A stretch of DNA of 64,000 nucleotides from NCBI GenBank assembly GCA_029571225.1, contig JAKPTF010000097.1, positions 417-64,416 of the forward strand, read 5' to 3'. Position numbers and translations under genes: made by a program. Positions within the stretch are counted from its first letter, which is position 1. Each line of letters begins with the position of its first letter. The notes under the pieces were generated by a model. It was not told the origin of the DNA, did no database searches, and was given only the letters and a program-made list of their open reading frames with translations. The DNA is from Candidatus Omnitrophota bacterium (GTDB lineage: Bacteria; Omnitrophota; Gorgyraeia; Gygaellales; Profunditerraquicolaceae). Below are positions 61,636 to 64,000 of this stretch, piece by piece.

Positions 61636-62211
61636 ATGAAAGTTCTGGCTTTCAACGGGAGCGGCCGCAAAGACGGCAATACGGCCATACTGATAAGGCG
61701 CGTTTTTGCGGAACTGGAAAAAGAAGGTATATCGACTGAGTTGATCCAGCTTGCCGGGCTGAACATCCAGGGCTGTGCGGCCTGTTATCGATGCGTTGCA
61801 GCCAAAAACAGGCAATGCGCGGTTAGAGATGACGCTGTCAACGGATTTATTGCCAGGATGGCCGAAGCCGACGGCATCATCCTTGGTTCACCGACTTATT
61901 TCGCCGACTGTACGGCCTCGATGAAGGCGCTTATCGACCGCGCCGGATTCGTATCACGGGCAAACGGCCAGATGTTCAGGCGAAAGGTCGGAGCCGCGGT
62001 TGTGTCAGTCAGGCGCGCCGGCGCGATCCACGCCTTCGACACGATCAACCATTTCTTCACGATCAACGAGATGATTGTCGTAGGCTCGTCATACTGGAAC
62101 GTAGGCATCGGCCGAAATGCCGGGGATGTAGAAAAAGACGATGAGGGCGTGATGACTATGGCGCGGCTGGGGGAAAACATGGCATGGCTTTTGAAAAGGG
62201 TGGCGGGATGA
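61636..62211 (+). CDS. NADPH-dependent FMN reductase / iron-sulfur flavoprotein-like
   Basis: MKVLAFNGSGRKDGNT, CAACYRC and IILGSPTYF. The RBS GGAGG is 6 nt upstream. Confidence 0.8.
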   Translation: MKVLAFNGSGRKDGNTAILIRRVFAELEKEGISTELIQLAGLNIQGCAACYRCVAAKNRQCAVRDDAVNGFIARMAEADGIILGSPTYFADCTASMKALIDRAGFVSRANGQMFRRKVGAAVVSVRRAGAIHAFDTINHFFTINEMIVVGSSYWNVGIGRNAGDVEKDDEGVMTMARLGENMAWLLKRVAG

Positions 62212-62882
62212 GATGCGGCCGGTTTCTGTCAGCGCTGCTTGTTGTCGGCATTGCCGCTGCGGCCTTTTTTTTTCTGGCATACCGCTTTTTTTCCCAGGAC
62301 AGGATGCTGCGCGCGGTCATCGATCGTTTATCAGCGGATACGCGGATTGCCGATATCGTGGTAACGTCAGTCCGGACCGATGCGGCGACCAATAAGACCT
62401 GGACGACCATCAAATTTCTGGAATATGACACGCGGCTCAAGCCTCTTGCCGCAAAGTATTTCACGTTCTCGGGCAATATCATTCAGTTCCAGTCGCTGGT
62501 TATCAGGTTTGACGACGCATACGTCAAGGCGGGCCATCCGTTAAAGGGCAAAAGCGCGTATATTTTTCTCAAGGCGTTTGTCCTTGACGGCTCGAAAACG
62601 GAATCTTTTGATATCAACAATAAGCACGAAGTGCCGACCGGCTATGAGGTGGAAGGTGTATCTAAAGAGTTCCAGCGAAGGCTCTGGCGGCAGTTCTGGG
62701 ATTATGCCCTTGACCCCGCCACGGCCGGCCGCATGGGCATCAAGAACGCGCAACTCGAGGCGCCCGGCACGAAGTTCATCCCCGGCAAGCTGTATTCTTT
62801 GAAGATCGAGCACGACGGCGGCATGCGCATAGATGTTCAGGACCTGCCGCTTATCCTCAAAGGGGAAAGGGCGGTATTTTGA
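62208..62882 (+). CDS. N-terminally anchored protein, function unknown
   Basis: ATGA overlap with the upstream gene. TM helix LSALLVVGIAAAAFFFLAY. No family recognised. Confidence 0.5.
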   Translation: MRCGRFLSALLVVGIAAAAFFFLAYRFFSQDRMLRAVIDRLSADTRIADIVVTSVRTDAATNKTWTTIKFLEYDTRLKPLAAKYFTFSGNIIQFQSLVIRFDDAYVKAGHPLKGKSAYIFLKAFVLDGSKTESFDINNKHEVPTGYEVEGVSKEFQRRLWRQFWDYALDPATAGRMGIKNAQLEAPGTKFIPGKLYSLKIEHDGGMRIDVQDLPLILKGERAVF

Positions 62883-62905
62883 CACCACGGATAAAGGAGC
62901 GTTAT

Positions 62906-63640
62906 ATGAGAGGTATATTCCAGTATGCGGCAAGCGCGGTTTTATTCGCGTTCGCGGCAGGATGCGCGTCAATGTCACAGCCGACCGCCAGGGTTGATAT
63001 TGACGCGGGAACTACGCCGCTTCCGCCGTATTCGGGGCCCAAGGCCCGCATCGCCATTGCTGAATTCGAGATCAAAGCGGCGAAGGCTCATCGGTCCATC
63101 GGCACCGGGCTGCGGGAGATGCTGATCACCTCTCTGGTGAACAGCAATCGTTTTAGCGTGATGGAGCGCCAGGCATTGCAGGCGGCAATGCAGGAACAGG
63201 AGCTTGCTGCGTCGGGCGCGGCATCGCCGGGCGGGGTGAAGCGCGGAGCCATAAAGACGGCTGATCTAATTGTGACGGCGGCGGTGACGGAGTTTGAACC
63301 GAGATCCGTGGGTGGCGGCAGCGCGGTCGGCGCAGGCGGCAGTATCGGTTCGGTCATCCTCGGCGGTATTATCGCCGGTTCCATGAACAAGGCGCATATG
63401 GCCCTTGATATTCGCGTAATCGACGCGTCGACTTCCGAGATACTTTCAGCCACGCGCGTCCAGGGCAAGGCTTCGGATTTTGCCGGCGGCTTCGGCGTAG
63501 CGATATTCGGCGAAGGCGCGCTAGGTACGGGTTTGAGCGGCTACGCGAAGACGCCTATGGAGAAGGCCATACGCGTGTGCATCATTGAGGCGGTAAAATA
63601 CATCGCGCAGACGGTGCCGGCGAATTATTTTAAATATTAA
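62906..63640 (+). CDS. CsgG-family (curli-type secretion channel-like) lipoprotein
   Basis: Lipobox FAAGC. ARIAIAEFEIK..., GTGLREMLITSLVNSNRFSVMERQAL and DLIVTAAVTEFEP match the CsgG/COG1462 pattern. The RBS AAAGGAG is upstream. Confidence 0.7.
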   Translation: MRGIFQYAASAVLFAFAAGCASMSQPTARVDIDAGTTPLPPYSGPKARIAIAEFEIKAAKAHRSIGTGLREMLITSLVNSNRFSVMERQALQAAMQEQELAASGAASPGGVKRGAIKTADLIVTAAVTEFEPRSVGGGSAVGAGGSIGSVILGGIIAGSMNKAHMALDIRVIDASTSEILSATRVQGKASDFAGGFGVAIFGEGALGTGLSGYAKTPMEKAIRVCIIEAVKYIAQTVPANYFKY

Positions 63641-63651
63641 GGGAGGGGGGC

Positions 63652-64000
63652 ATGAAGGTCCTTCGAGTCATCGGGATCTCTTTATTCGCGCTGGTCATTG
63701 TTTTGACCGCGGCGGTCGTCATTATAATCAAGACGTTCGATGTCAACAGATACAAGCCGCAGATCACCGCCCAGGCAAAAGCTGCGTTGGGCCGCGATTT
63801 CGACTTTGACCGGGCTAGGCTCGATATCTCCTTTACCCGGGGTATAAGCGTGAAGGTTTCGAACCTGGTGATTGGCGACGACCGTGGTTTCCAGGAGGGG
63901 GATTTCCTGAGGGTCAAGGAGATCTCCGTCAGTATGGACGTGCTGGGGTATCTGCTGCGGAAAAAGATCAACGTCCACGGGATCGTAATCGATACGCCCC
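63652..64000 (+). CDS. AsmA-family protein, N-terminal part (runs off the window)
   Basis: My own translation: MKVLRVIGISLFALVIVLTAAVVIIIKTFDVNRYKPQITAQAKAALGRDFDFDRARLDISFTRGISVKVSNLVIGDD... This is a typical AsmA N-terminus. The RBS GGGAGGGGGG is upstream. Confidence 0.6.
   Translation, partial: MKVLRVIGISLFALVIVLTAAVVIIIKTFDVNRYKPQITAQAKAALGRDFDFDRARLDISFTRGISVKVSNLVIGDDRGFQEGDFLRVKEISVSMDVLGYLLRKKINVHGIVIDTP

Noticed and set aside
1-64000. CRISPR arrays, rRNA or other structured RNAs, IS elements, integrases and prophage blocks
   Set aside because: No intergenic gap exceeds ~185 nt. None shows spaced direct repeats. No ORF resembles a transposase, integrase or phage structural protein.

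Overview
This is a 64-kb slice of a compact bacterial chromosome, roughly mid-50s %GC by eye. The lineage cannot be named from sequence alone. The gene content (TolC, secretin-like, CsgG-like and AsmA proteins, OM beta-barrel, multihaem cytochrome, polyferredoxins, LarB/LarE, HydE-like radical SAM, phosphoketolase) suggests a diderm, probably anaerobic organism. I support 73 protein-coding genes, all on the + strand. About 25 gene junctions are start/stop overlaps, mostly ATGA/GTGA, so the window reads as a chain of long operons. The long minus-strand ORFs in the track all look like antisense shadows of + strand genes. I found no rRNA, tRNA, CRISPR array, transposase, integrase or prophage block. 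Blocks in order: (1) small conserved proteins, PilZ, YciH/SUI1, a Pif1-type helicase and an OM barrel. (2) A cold-shock protein with its own promoter, leader and terminator. (3) An apparent ktrB-ktrA-(TM-HAMP-PAS)-(anchored periplasmic protein)-(multihaem cytochrome c) operon. (4) A DEAD-box helicase whose promoter and leader resemble the csp one. (5) AbrB-like regulator with TolC-MacA-MacB. (6) SurE, DUF3108, LarE, LarB, cupin, AdoMetDC-like and YkgJ. (7) Mini-secretin, macrodomain, TM protein, deaminase, two small proteins and Sir2. (8) A large polytopic::TPR::M50-type protease fusion. (9) DUF362(Tat) / NapH::NapG-like polyferredoxin / DUF362-ferredoxin. (10) glgC, an alpha-glucan phosphorylase and a LysM-amidase. 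(11) A seven-gene signalling cluster: REC-AraC, 5xPAS kinase, REC, REC, GAF kinase-like protein lacking the phospho-His, REC, degenerate-REC-GGDEF. (12) Lipase-like hydrolase, glpK, a three-part G3P dehydrogenase-like set and an MFS transporter. (13) cysK, thiM, HydE-like, mnmA and a PP-loop ATPase. (14) lemA-htpX. (15) REC, DUF523-like, TPR, TIGR04073-like::TPR and a Zn-ribbon protein. (16) Phosphoketolase and a flavoprotein. (17) An envelope set with a CsgG-like lipoprotein and an AsmA N-terminus running off the window. The best candidates for undescribed biology are the DUF362/polyferredoxin module with an internal twin-arginine motif, the signalling cluster built around a His-less kinase, the K+ uptake operon with a voltage-sensor-like N-terminal extension on KtrB and a co-transcribed cytochrome, and the shared csp/helicase leader. 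All family names come from motif recognition by eye. No database search was run.
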